Source: a virus (lineage: Duplodnaviria; Caudoviricetes). From it: a stretch of DNA of 40,582 nucleotides. Below the pieces are notes generated by a model, which was not told the DNA's origin, made no database searches, and saw only the letters and a list, made by a program, of their open reading frames with translations. This document shows positions 14,365 to 21,989 of this stretch, in pieces. Both the position numbers and the translations under genes were made by a program. Within the stretch, counting starts at the first letter, position 1. Every line of letters starts with the position of its first letter. Location of the stretch: IMG/VR virus record IMGVR_UViG_3300017747_004204, positions 1 to 40,582 of that record, one strand, 5' to 3'.

Positions 14365-14582
14365 GCCAATGCAGCGACCCTGTAGCTTGCACTGAAGAAA
14401 ATGCGGAGAGGTTTTACCGAGACTCCCATATGATGGCTCCATTCAAGTCTCAGCCTCTGGAGATGGGTGAGCACCCGTCTGACGAAGAACGCATGGACGC
14501 CTGGAAGAAATGGTGTGCAGTTGGAAATTATAAGTGCGCCTCCCGCCTTCCTACGCAGGAGAATGATAAAAAGAATCTATGA
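14361..14582 (+). CDS. Hypothetical protein
   Basis: ATGA-coupled on both sides. Confidence 0.65.
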   Translation: MSQCSDPVACTEENAERFYRDSHMMAPFKSQPLEMGEHPSDEERMDAWKKWCAVGNYKCASRLPTQENDKKNL

Positions 14583-14752
14583 GCCAAGAAAAACAGATCC
14601 ACGTCTTCATCGTCGAGGATGACAAGGCAGCGACCGAGATCATGAAAAAGTATTTTGCGCCGAAAGGCGGCCCGCTGACCTACGCGGCCGTCGTGGACGC
14701 GGACCTTCGGCCGGAACTGGTCGAGGCGATCGACGGTATCCAGGAGCTGTGA
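14579..14752 (+). CDS. 57-aa protein resembling the N-terminal part of a receiver domain (not in ORF track)
   Basis: Manual translation MSQEKQIHVFIVEDDKAATEIMKKYF...; ATGA-coupled. Confidence 0.55.
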   Translation: MSQEKQIHVFIVEDDKAATEIMKKYFAPKGGPLTYAAVVDADLRPELVEAIDGIQEL

Positions 14753-14973
14753 TGAGAATCAAAAATCTCCAAGACAAGCTGGACGCAATGAAGCCGAAAA
14801 ACGTCCGCAAATGCGGATGCGACGAGGACCATTGGTGCTCTGACTGCGTAAATCTTCCGACACCCCAGGCTTACACCTTGCCGGATGGAACGGTGACGCA
14901 TGGCTACTTCCTGACGAATCAGAGTGGGCCTGGAATAACGAAAACCTTCCCCACGCAGGAGGTGGATGGATAA
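14749..14973 (+). CDS. Hypothetical Cys-rich protein
   Basis: CGC..HWCSDC; start overlaps the upstream stop. Confidence 0.6.
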   Translation: MMRIKNLQDKLDAMKPKNVRKCGCDEDHWCSDCVNLPTPQAYTLPDGTVTHGYFLTNQSGPGITKTFPTQEVDG

Positions 14974-14981
14974 GGAGAAAT

Positions 14982-15164
14982 ATGAAAGAAGTCATCTATC
15001 CAAAACCAGAATACGCCACATCAAATACCGAAGAGCGTTGCCCTCTCTGCCAGAGTCAGATGCGCCACCAAGTGATCGCCTGTCCTGAAGGAAAGCCAGG
15101 GTGTCTCGTTCTCCACTACGGATATAGATGCCTAAGCACTATTTGCGGTATGATTTTTCAATAG
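14982..15164 (+). CDS. Small zinc-ribbon protein
   Basis: AGGAG SD; CPLC...ACPEGKPGCLVLH. Confidence 0.65.
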   Translation: MKEVIYPKPEYATSNTEERCPLCQSQMRHQVIACPEGKPGCLVLHYGYRCLSTICGMIFQ

Positions 15165-15167
15165 AAT

Positions 15168-15497
15168 ATGCCATCAAATATCGAGAGCTGGGAGGGAAAG
15201 TTTGATAAGCAGTTCATCTTTATCTCCCCAAACCTTTGGTCACTACCACATCAACAGTGTGGATCGCTCCCAATGCAACCAGAGGACATCAAATCCTTCA
15301 TCGCCGCCGAAATCCAATCCGCCGAGGAGCGGGGGATGCGGCGTGTGATTGCGGCAGTGCGTGACAAAGAGCCTGTTTCGGCAGCGGGTCGCACAGAGCA
15401 AGATCAAATCAAGGCCGACGCGGTTCTGCCGTTCATGCACGGACAATGGGAGACAGACCTAAAAGCCGCCGAATCCCTCCTAACCAATAAGGAGTAA
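15168..15497 (+). CDS. Hypothetical accessory protein (WExxFDKxF...IKSFI type)
   Basis: TATG start; motif shared with 13978..14364. Confidence 0.7.
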   Translation: MPSNIESWEGKFDKQFIFISPNLWSLPHQQCGSLPMQPEDIKSFIAAEIQSAEERGMRRVIAAVRDKEPVSAAGRTEQDQIKADAVLPFMHGQWETDLKAAESLLTNKE

Positions 15498-15823
15498 GTG
15501 AGTATGAAAATCTATATTTGGGATAACGACGGCGATCGGTTTAAAGTCAGACGCGGCGAGAGACTATCTGAAGAAAAGTGCCACCGAGAAGGAGCTCGAA
15601 AAAGGTCTGAAATATTACGGTGACGGTGATTGCTGATATGGGCGATGGATTTTATACCTGCCTCCACGAAGGCTGCGAGCTAAGAATACTGCCTGATGAA
15701 GGTCAGTGTTGTCCTGAACACCAGCCATGATCTCCCTCTCTTACTCAACCCTCCTCATCATTTCAGCAGTCCTTGTAATTGTTGGTATAGGGGTAGGGAT
15801 TTATATTGCGACGAGGTAAGATG

Positions 15824-15832
15824 TGATATACT
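15824..15832 (+). promoter_or_regulatory. Extended -10 promoter, probably leaderless
   Basis: TGATATACT ends 6 nt before ATG 15839. Confidence 0.55.
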
Positions 15833-15838
15833 AAAAGC

Positions 15839-16093
15839 ATGATCAAGACGAAATCAAAGAAGATACCGCTCGAGCCGTTTGTGCCGACAAGTAACCCGAA
15901 GCGTCCCCCAACGAATATCGACCTGGAGATCGCTTATCGCTGGGTGACAGGCGAAATCCGCCTGCGATCTGCTATCAAGGCGATCGGGTATGACGGCACA
16001 CCGTCAAATGGATTGCGCTACCTCTGCAATGTCTTTATTCAAGGCGTCCGCGACGGGCGAATCGACGCGGCGTTTCCATCAAGACTCGCATGA
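15839..16093 (+). CDS. Small HTH-like protein, apparent paralog of 2416..2652
   Basis: LEIAYRWVTGEI...AIKAIG...GVRDGRID resembles FDLAIAFVKGEV...IAKVLG...AFSRGELD. Confidence 0.6.
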   Translation: MIKTKSKKIPLEPFVPTSNPKRPPTNIDLEIAYRWVTGEIRLRSAIKAIGYDGTPSNGLRYLCNVFIQGVRDGRIDAAFPSRLA

Positions 16094-17364
16094 GTCTGTT
16101 TGCCCATCAGCAGAAGATCCTGGAGGATGATCCCAGTCGATGCGGCATATGGCTCGGGACGGGCGGCGGCAAGACGCGGATCGCCCTTTGCCTAGCTAAA
16201 GGCAGGACGCTCATTGTTGCTCCAAAAACACAGTTTGAGGATAAGAACTGGCAGAGAGAGAAAGAGAAGCTGTCCTCACTGCACGAGGTCGATATCACGG
16301 TGATCAGTAAGGAGACGTTTCGCAAGGTGCATCATACCCTGGAGACATTTGACACCCTGATCATTGATGAGGCACACACGGTCCTCGGTGTGTCCCCTGC
16401 CGTCGTCTGGAAGAACAGGCAGCCCGTTCCCAAGACGTCCCAGCTGTTCGACAGCGTCCTGAGGTACATCAGCACCAAGCGGCCTAGTCGCTTTTACCTC
16501 GTCACAGCGACGCCGGACAGGTCTCCGTTTGCTGTCTGGGGTGCGGCGAAGCTCCTTGGCCGTGACATGGACTTTGACAGCTTCCGACGTGAATACTACG
16601 TACGCCTCCCCATGCCTGGACGTGAGGTCTGGGCTCCGAAGAGGGATAAGGACACGAAGGATAAGCTGGCAGAGCTGGTGAGATCGCTCGGGTACGTTGG
16701 GCGCCTCCAGGATTGGTTCGATGTGCCCGAACAAACGCACCGCACAGAGTGGTTCAATATGACACCAAAGCAGAAGCAGCGCATCGATGAGCTCAAGATG
16801 GAATTCACTGATCCCCTCGTGCGCTTCGGTAAGATCGACCAAGTTGAGAATGGCTGCCTTGCGAAAACTGACTACACGCCAGCGGAGTTTTTCCCATCCG
16901 GCAAGATCGACAGAATCCTTGACCTTGCCCTGGAGTTTCCTCGGCTCCTCATCTTCGCAAAATACTCGACACAGATTGAGGCGATAAAAAGAGCGCTCGA
17001 AGATGATGGGCGGAAGGTGCTGACGCTCACGGGGCAAACACCCAACAAGGGCGACGTGATCGCAGAAGCAAATAAATTGGAGGAGTGCGTCGTGATCGCG
17101 CAGAGCCAAATATCATCGGGATACGAATTGCCGGAGTATCCTTGCACAGTGTTCGCCTCACTCTCGGGGTCGCTCGTTGACCTGGTACAGGCGCAGGGGC
17201 GCACCTTGCGAGCTAACGCGCTCGCGAAGAAGCTGTACATCTATCTCGTGACGCGCGGGAAAGCTGATCAAGCTCGCTATGAAGCCAACATGAACAAGCG
17301 TGATTTCCACGAGGCAATCTTTGTGAAGTCAGAGTCCTATAAACACGATCACGAATATGCTTGA
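16090..17364 (+). CDS. SF2 (SNF2-like) helicase
   Basis: GTGGGKT, IIDEAH, VTATP, QAQGRTLR. Confidence 0.88.
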   Translation: MSLFAHQQKILEDDPSRCGIWLGTGGGKTRIALCLAKGRTLIVAPKTQFEDKNWQREKEKLSSLHEVDITVISKETFRKVHHTLETFDTLIIDEAHTVLGVSPAVVWKNRQPVPKTSQLFDSVLRYISTKRPSRFYLVTATPDRSPFAVWGAAKLLGRDMDFDSFRREYYVRLPMPGREVWAPKRDKDTKDKLAELVRSLGYVGRLQDWFDVPEQTHRTEWFNMTPKQKQRIDELKMEFTDPLVRFGKIDQVENGCLAKTDYTPAEFFPSGKIDRILDLALEFPRLLIFAKYSTQIEAIKRALEDDGRKVLTLTGQTPNKGDVIAEANKLEECVVIAQSQISSGYELPEYPCTVFASLSGSLVDLVQAQGRTLRANALAKKLYIYLVTRGKADQARYEANMNKRDFHEAIFVKSESYKHDHEYA

Positions 17365-17749
17365 GGATCAATTCCAGACACGCTTCAATGCGTGGCTCAA
17401 ACATGTCTGGAAAAGAACGGGCGCCTTCGAGCTGAAGGTATCTCCCGTAGACTACCTCTCATTCTCTGCCGTCAAAGATCACCAGGAGGCCGCCCTTTAT
17501 AACGCTCATAATGGCACCTGCGTCTACAAGCTCCCTGATGATACAGCCGGGTATAAACCCTTCGATGCCTTCAGCCTTGCAGGGGTCGAGGCGTGGGTTG
17601 CTGTGATGTTCAGGTGCAGGGACCGTGGGCGCAAAGTCTTCTACATGATCGCAATTGATGACTGGATAAAACAAAGAAATAAATCAGCTCGCAAGTCACT
17701 GACAGAAGAAATAGCTCGTAAAATAGGGCTCACATGCGAACTTGCCTAG
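17357..17749 (+). CDS. RecU-like Holliday junction resolvase (PD-(D/E)xK fold)
   Basis: E..FQ, AFELK, FSAVKDHQ..AL, KPFD, C-terminal RKSL. Confidence 0.65.
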   Translation: MLEDQFQTRFNAWLKHVWKRTGAFELKVSPVDYLSFSAVKDHQEAALYNAHNGTCVYKLPDDTAGYKPFDAFSLAGVEAWVAVMFRCRDRGRKVFYMIAIDDWIKQRNKSARKSLTEEIARKIGLTCELA

Positions 17750-17751
17750 GG

Positions 17752-17795
17752 TGTGCATAACTGCCCTTGCGCTCCTGCGTGTGGTATAACATAAT
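17752..17795 (+). promoter_or_regulatory. DnaA box variant plus extended -10 promoter
   Basis: TGTGCATAA (17752-17760; TTATGCACA on the other strand) and TGTGGTATAACAT (17780-17792). Confidence 0.65.
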
Positions 17796-17822
17796 GACAG
17801 CGATAAGAACTAATGCTCACCT

Positions 17823-18494
17823 ATGACAAAGGAAAAAGCTCTCGCGACCGCGCCTGCTCAGTCCACCGCTATCTCGCTGTCCGGTCCGATGCCCGAAGGA
17901 TTTGAAAATATGGAGGCCGCGGACATCGTCGTGCCGCGCATCCGTCTCTGGCATCCGCAGAGCGACGTGTCGCCCGACGGCGCCAAGCTCGGTGACTACG
18001 TTGACCTGACGGCCAAGACGAAGATCGGCAACGCGATCGAATTCTTCATCCTCGCGCAGAAGACTGTCGAGTACGAGAACGAGAAGAAGCAGCCGGATGG
18101 AACGATGAAAAAGGTCATCAAGACCGAAAAGCACTGTCTGACCGCACTCCTCGACAACTACCAGTTCCCGCGCCGTATCGAGTTCTCCTCGGCTGGCCTC
18201 CGCGAAATGAAACGCCTCGTCACACAGCTCTTCATGAACTCACAAGCTGGAGGCGGGTTGCCGATGTACACATGGCTCATCAAGGCAACCTCTGAAAACC
18301 TCTCAACGGACGATGGCGGCAAGTACGCCTCCCCCCTTCTCGAAATTGTCCGCGAGGCGACTGACGAAGAAAAGAAAATCCTCTCGGCAAAATACAAAGA
18401 ATTTGCACCCGACTTCTTGGCGAAACGTGTCGTTGCTGATAGCAAGGTTGAGGACCTGCCCTTCGGCAAACCGGACGCAGAGAAACCGGAATAA
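17823..18494 (+). CDS. Putative ssDNA-binding or annealing protein
   Basis: GFENM..ADIVVPRIRL..PQS N-terminus, EDLPF near the C-terminus, adjacent to an exonuclease. Confidence 0.5.
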   Translation: MTKEKALATAPAQSTAISLSGPMPEGFENMEAADIVVPRIRLWHPQSDVSPDGAKLGDYVDLTAKTKIGNAIEFFILAQKTVEYENEKKQPDGTMKKVIKTEKHCLTALLDNYQFPRRIEFSSAGLREMKRLVTQLFMNSQAGGGLPMYTWLIKATSENLSTDDGGKYASPLLEIVREATDEEKKILSAKYKEFAPDFLAKRVVADSKVEDLPFGKPDAEKPE

Positions 18495-18733
18495 TGCGAG
18501 TCAGGAGCGAGCGTACGGCATTGCGTCCGTCGCCGCTCCCCAGCCGTGCAGAGTGCGCCGCCTATGTGAGCATGTAGGCTGCCCTATGCCCGGCTGGGGG
18601 TTGAGCTCTGTGACACTCCCGCATGAAAATAATGGTGCCAGTCCCAGCATTGTTTCCGGCTCTGGCTGGAACCTTTGCAGGTATTGGTATCTTGCGGGAG
18701 GATCCTAGCGCTTGAAACTTAGAGAACCAGAGT

Positions 18734-19549
18734 ATGACTATTGAGAAGTACTTCAGTAAGGCGAACAAGGCCATTTCAAATAGCAAGGTCAGTGACTATC
18801 TAAAATCAAAAGAGTACTTCTATTTTAAGCACGTCAAAGGCACGCTAATCGAGGAGCCCTCTCCTTCGATGCAGCTAGGCTCCATGATCGACCTAGCCTT
18901 TAGCTCCGGTTCACTGGACGTCCTGCGTGAAAACTACGCAGTCAAGTGTCTGAAGAAGGATGATCCTGCACGTTTTGAATTGCAGAAAGGTATCCCGAAA
19001 GAGAACCTCGTCACAGAGGCAACCTGGTCAAAAGCCATCGGCATGTCCGAGGCTATTCTCCGAGAGCCCTTCTTCGCCTGGTACGCAGGCAAGAAGAGCG
19101 AGACGCAGACGCCCCTCTTCGGCAAGATTGTCGATGGAGACCTGAGCGTTGATATCTGCGGCCTGCCGGATCGCGTGACAGAGGATGGTGATACCATCTA
19201 CATTGATGATCTCAAGACCTCAGCCCCCGGATCCATGCGCTCTGCTAAGAGCTGGTTTTACCACTTCCAGGACTTCGGGTACTTCAGGCAACTGGCAGTG
19301 TATAGCTATCTCAAGAAGCGACTAAAACCTAACAAGAAGATCGTCTGCCGCCACATCGTTGTCTCCTCTCAGCTGGAGGGGCGATATCAGGTGCAACTAT
19401 ACGTCATCCCCGAGAGCCTGCTCATCCCAGCTTTCTACGAGTTCGGAACGATAGCGCTCGACATTGCAAGAGAGACGGAGTGGAAAGATGAACCGATTAC
19501 GTGGTCAAGCGCCGTCACACTTGAGGCGCCAGAAAACACAAAACAATGA
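18734..19549 (+). CDS. RecE / DUF3799-like PD-(D/E)xK exonuclease
   Basis: ISNSKV, SMQLGS, CGLPD, IDDLKTS, GYFRQLAVY. Confidence 0.82.
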   Translation: MTIEKYFSKANKAISNSKVSDYLKSKEYFYFKHVKGTLIEEPSPSMQLGSMIDLAFSSGSLDVLRENYAVKCLKKDDPARFELQKGIPKENLVTEATWSKAIGMSEAILREPFFAWYAGKKSETQTPLFGKIVDGDLSVDICGLPDRVTEDGDTIYIDDLKTSAPGSMRSAKSWFYHFQDFGYFRQLAVYSYLKKRLKPNKKIVCRHIVVSSQLEGRYQVQLYVIPESLLIPAFYEFGTIALDIARETEWKDEPITWSSAVTLEAPENTKQ

Positions 19550-19713
19550 AGCTAATTGTCATAGTTACTCTGAACGATGACAAGAGCATGTCTTATGAGT
19601 GCGTAGACTTCCCATCCGTTGGCACAGACTTTTTTACACTGTACCTCAGAGACTTTCAAAGGGTCAGTTTAAGGACTTCGACAATTCTCAACTACAGAAT
19701 GTATTTCAAATAA
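19546..19713 (+). CDS. Hypothetical protein (55 aa, not in ORF track)
   Basis: ATGA-coupled; MKLIVIVTLNDDKSMSYEC...; ends just before the terminator. Confidence 0.6.
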   Translation: MKLIVIVTLNDDKSMSYECVDFPSVGTDFFTLYLRDFQRVSLRTSTILNYRMYFK

Positions 19714-19721
19714 AGGAGAAG

Positions 19722-19756
19722 CAAAAGACTCTCGACAAGCATGTGAGAGTCTTTTG
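19722..19756. terminator. Bidirectional terminator between the convergent genome arms
   Basis: CAAAAGACTCTC-11 nt-GAGAGTCTTTTG perfect 12-bp inverted repeat. Confidence 0.85.
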
Positions 19757-19776
19757 TGTTCGGGATCAATTTGTCA

Positions 19777-20025
19777 TTACACCGTCTTTCGATTCTTGAG
19801 CCACAGGATGAAGGCGTTTGCTGTGGCCTTCCAAGCTGAACGAAAAGCTGCCGCGCAGAGTGCAAACACGGCATCGCGACTCGACGGGATGTTATTCGCA
19901 CTGATCTCAAGCACAATCGAGAGAAGAAGTGTCGAGCCGAACGTGTTGCCTGCCGAGACGATCTCCACTCTCCAATCGAGCGGGATGCGGAGCCAGGCGA
20001 GTTTAATCCTTTCTGATAGAGTCAT
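19777..20025 (-). CDS. Holin-like membrane protein
   Basis: Hydrophobic segments; downstream of the peptidase. Confidence 0.5.
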   Translation of the reverse strand: MTLSERIKLAWLRIPLDWRVEIVSAGNTFGSTLLLSIVLEISANNIPSSRDAVFALCAAAFRSAWKATANAFILWLKNRKTV

Positions 20026-20034
20026 ATAGTTTAG

Positions 20035-21000
20035 TTATGCCAAGTTAATTGCCGGTCCGAGATCCTCGCCCTTTAGGCTGTAGGCATTGATGCCGACAAG
20101 AGCAGACTTGCCGATCGTCTCATAGTGGCCCAGAGTCGCTCCTTTCGTCCTGTAGGCGATCTGGCGGCTCATCTTGTTCGGATCGTCGTGATACAGCTTG
20201 CCCGCCATGAAAGCAAACTCTTCTCCTCTGCCTTCCGCTACGAAGTACATCGTGTCGTTCTTGAACGGGTACATGGGAATTGGGTTAGGAATCTTCTTCT
20301 TGATATCGAAGCGGAAGCAGCCCCAGAAACGAGTGTTCCAAGCGAGTTTTTTCGACGAGCGCAAGTAATGATCGTAAATCTCCCAGTACTGGCCTTCGAC
20401 GGCGTGGACAAGGGAAACTGCGTGATTCCCGCGAGCTTCCGTCCGCTGGAAGACACCCACCACCTCGGGGCCGTAGGCGTAGATACCGACCTGGAGCGGC
20501 GCATATTGGAGCGCTTCCCAGAGCTGATCGGTCGTGTCCCAGACGGCTTCGTATTCGATCACCCAATTATCGAAGAACAACTTGCCGAGACGCACGACTT
20601 CTTCAGCGACCTCTTTGTAGTATTCTTCCCAGCCGGCTGGGGTGTCAGGCCATGATTCTTCAGGGACAACGCCGTGCAGTTTACGGATCGACTCGGCAAC
20701 GTCTGAGAAGTTGTTGCCTTCGCGGGTCGTCCCGCTCATCTTGGCCGTGAAGCGGTCGGCCAGGTTCAACCGCACCCCAAACTTCCTGAAAGCTACGGTT
20801 TCTAAGCAGTTAAGTGCCGAGTAGGTGACGCAGGCCATGCGGTCGTAGCCGCCAGCGTTCTGCACCTCCAGTGTCGGTAGGAACGGACGCCAGTCCCGGT
20901 CGGACTGAAGCATGATCCTGTCGAGTTTCGTGATGGCACCAAAACGTGACAAGCGCGGATCTTGCTCGGAGACCTCTTTAATTACCAGGCCGTAATTCAT
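20035..21000 (-). CDS. Papain-like (C1) cysteine peptidase, putative endolysin
   Basis: Q..ACVTYSALN (Cys), NHAVSLV (His), IYDHY (Asp); lies between membrane-protein genes. Confidence 0.7.
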   Translation of the reverse strand: MNYGLVIKEVSEQDPRLSRFGAITKLDRIMLQSDRDWRPFLPTLEVQNAGGYDRMACVTYSALNCLETVAFRKFGVRLNLADRFTAKMSGTTREGNNFSDVAESIRKLHGVVPEESWPDTPAGWEEYYKEVAEEVVRLGKLFFDNWVIEYEAVWDTTDQLWEALQYAPLQVGIYAYGPEVVGVFQRTEARGNHAVSLVHAVEGQYWEIYDHYLRSSKKLAWNTRFWGCFRFDIKKKIPNPIPMYPFKNDTMYFVAEGRGEEFAFMAGKLYHDDPNKMSRQIAYRTKGATLGHYETIGKSALVGINAYSLKGEDLGPAINLA

Positions 21001-21089
21001 AGAATCCTGAGCGTGAAACCGACAGCAAGAGTGCAGATAGCTAACATCAACAGCGCAGCTGTAACGATGAGACCCTCTGGTAGACGCAT
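20997..21089 (-). CDS. 30-aa single-TM peptide (not in ORF track)
   Basis: MRLPEGLIVTAALLMLAICTLAVGFTLRIL; ATGA overlap with the peptidase start. Confidence 0.5.
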   Translation of the reverse strand: MRLPEGLIVTAALLMLAICTLAVGFTLRIL

Positions 21090-21096
21090 ACTCTTG

Positions 21097-21384
21097 TTAG
21101 TTTTTAGATCCTGGAAACATGGCCTTTAGGTAGGTCAGTGCAGCTTCGATCGCAGATAGTCGGCTGGTCACCTCAACGTGTCGTGCGTTTCTTACCTCTT
21201 CCCCGGAGCGCAGTCTTTCTTCCAACGACAATCGCCAGATTTTATGTTCGCCGACGTCCTTAGTAAGCTGATCAAGCCTAGCTTCTGATTTCACTTTGAT
21301 CGTTGTCCATGAGATTGCTGAGCCAACAAGAACACCGACGAAAGATGAGATGAGCGGCCAATAGCGCAAGAGTTCCTCCACCAT
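21097..21384 (-). CDS. Holin-like protein (N-terminal TM plus coiled coil)
   Basis: YWPLISSFVGVLVGSAISW TM followed by a heptad-like helix. Confidence 0.6.
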   Translation of the reverse strand: MVEELLRYWPLISSFVGVLVGSAISWTTIKVKSEARLDQLTKDVGEHKIWRLSLEERLRSGEEVRNARHVEVTSRLSAIEAALTYLKAMFPGSKN

Positions 21385-21388
21385 ACTG

Positions 21389-21727
21389 TTAGCTAGAGCG
21401 TAGGTAGTTTCGAACCACGAGAGCGAGCGCGGCGACGAGCATAGCGGCGAGCACGATGATCGGCGTAAGACTCATTTGATCTTCCTTTTGCTTGGCGGCC
21501 ACTGGTTCTATCGTTGCTATAGCCACTTTTTGCTGTTGTGGTGCGATCTTGTTATGGCAGTGCCTCTCTCCAGCGTCCAGACCGTACTTGGCGCAGTTTG
21601 TCCGGCAGACGTGGCAACCTTCCTTATCGGTCATACCTGGGGACGCTAATGCGGGGATCGCGGCTGCAAGCAGCAGGATCGTCAGCGTCATGGCGTAGGC
21701 GTAGATCACGATTTTACTCTTGTTCAT
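21389..21727 (-). CDS. YHYH-domain exported, membrane-anchored protein
   Basis: Signal peptide, SPGMTDKEGCHVCRTNC..YGL...HCHN, C-terminal TM; ATG 21727 or GTG 21736. Confidence 0.75.
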   Translation of the reverse strand: MNKSKIVIYAYAMTLTILLLAAAIPALASPGMTDKEGCHVCRTNCAKYGLDAGERHCHNKIAPQQQKVAIATIEPVAAKQKEDQMSLTPIIVLAAMLVAALALVVRNYLRSS

Positions 21728-21815
21728 ACTCCGCACATTCTTCCCGTGTACACACGGGAAAGTTAGGGTTTAGCTTCCGGCTACAGCTCCCGCATCGTTC
21801 CTCCGAGGGCATATC

Positions 21816-21846
21816 TTGACTGTGGATAATTAATGTGGTATAACAT
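21816..21846 (+). promoter_or_regulatory. Near-consensus sigma70 promoter with a DnaA box in the spacer
   Basis: TTGACT-17 nt-TATAAC with TG extension; TGTGGATAA at 21821-21829. Confidence 0.85.
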
Positions 21847-21869
21847 CTTTATAACTCTCTATACCCTCT

Positions 21870-21986
21870 ATGGGATGCCTTATTGCGTTCGTCCTCGGCC
21901 TCGTCATTCTTGGTTGCCTCACAATTGGAATCTGGCCGACAGCAGGCATTCTTCTCATCATTGTTTTGTTGTATGAGATCCTTTAG
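21870..21986 (+). CDS. 38-aa hydrophobic membrane protein (moron-like, not in ORF track)
   Basis: MGCLIAFVLGLVILGCLTIGIWPTAGILLIIVLLYEIL; own promoter, TATG start, antisense to the late operon. Confidence 0.7.
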   Translation: MGCLIAFVLGLVILGCLTIGIWPTAGILLIIVLLYEIL

Positions 21987-21989
21987 ATA

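Noticed and set aside
16276-17109. Long antisense ORFs here and at 2963..3538, 25756..26433 and 34952..35716
   Set aside because: Antisense shadows of well-supported genes, expected from codon bias
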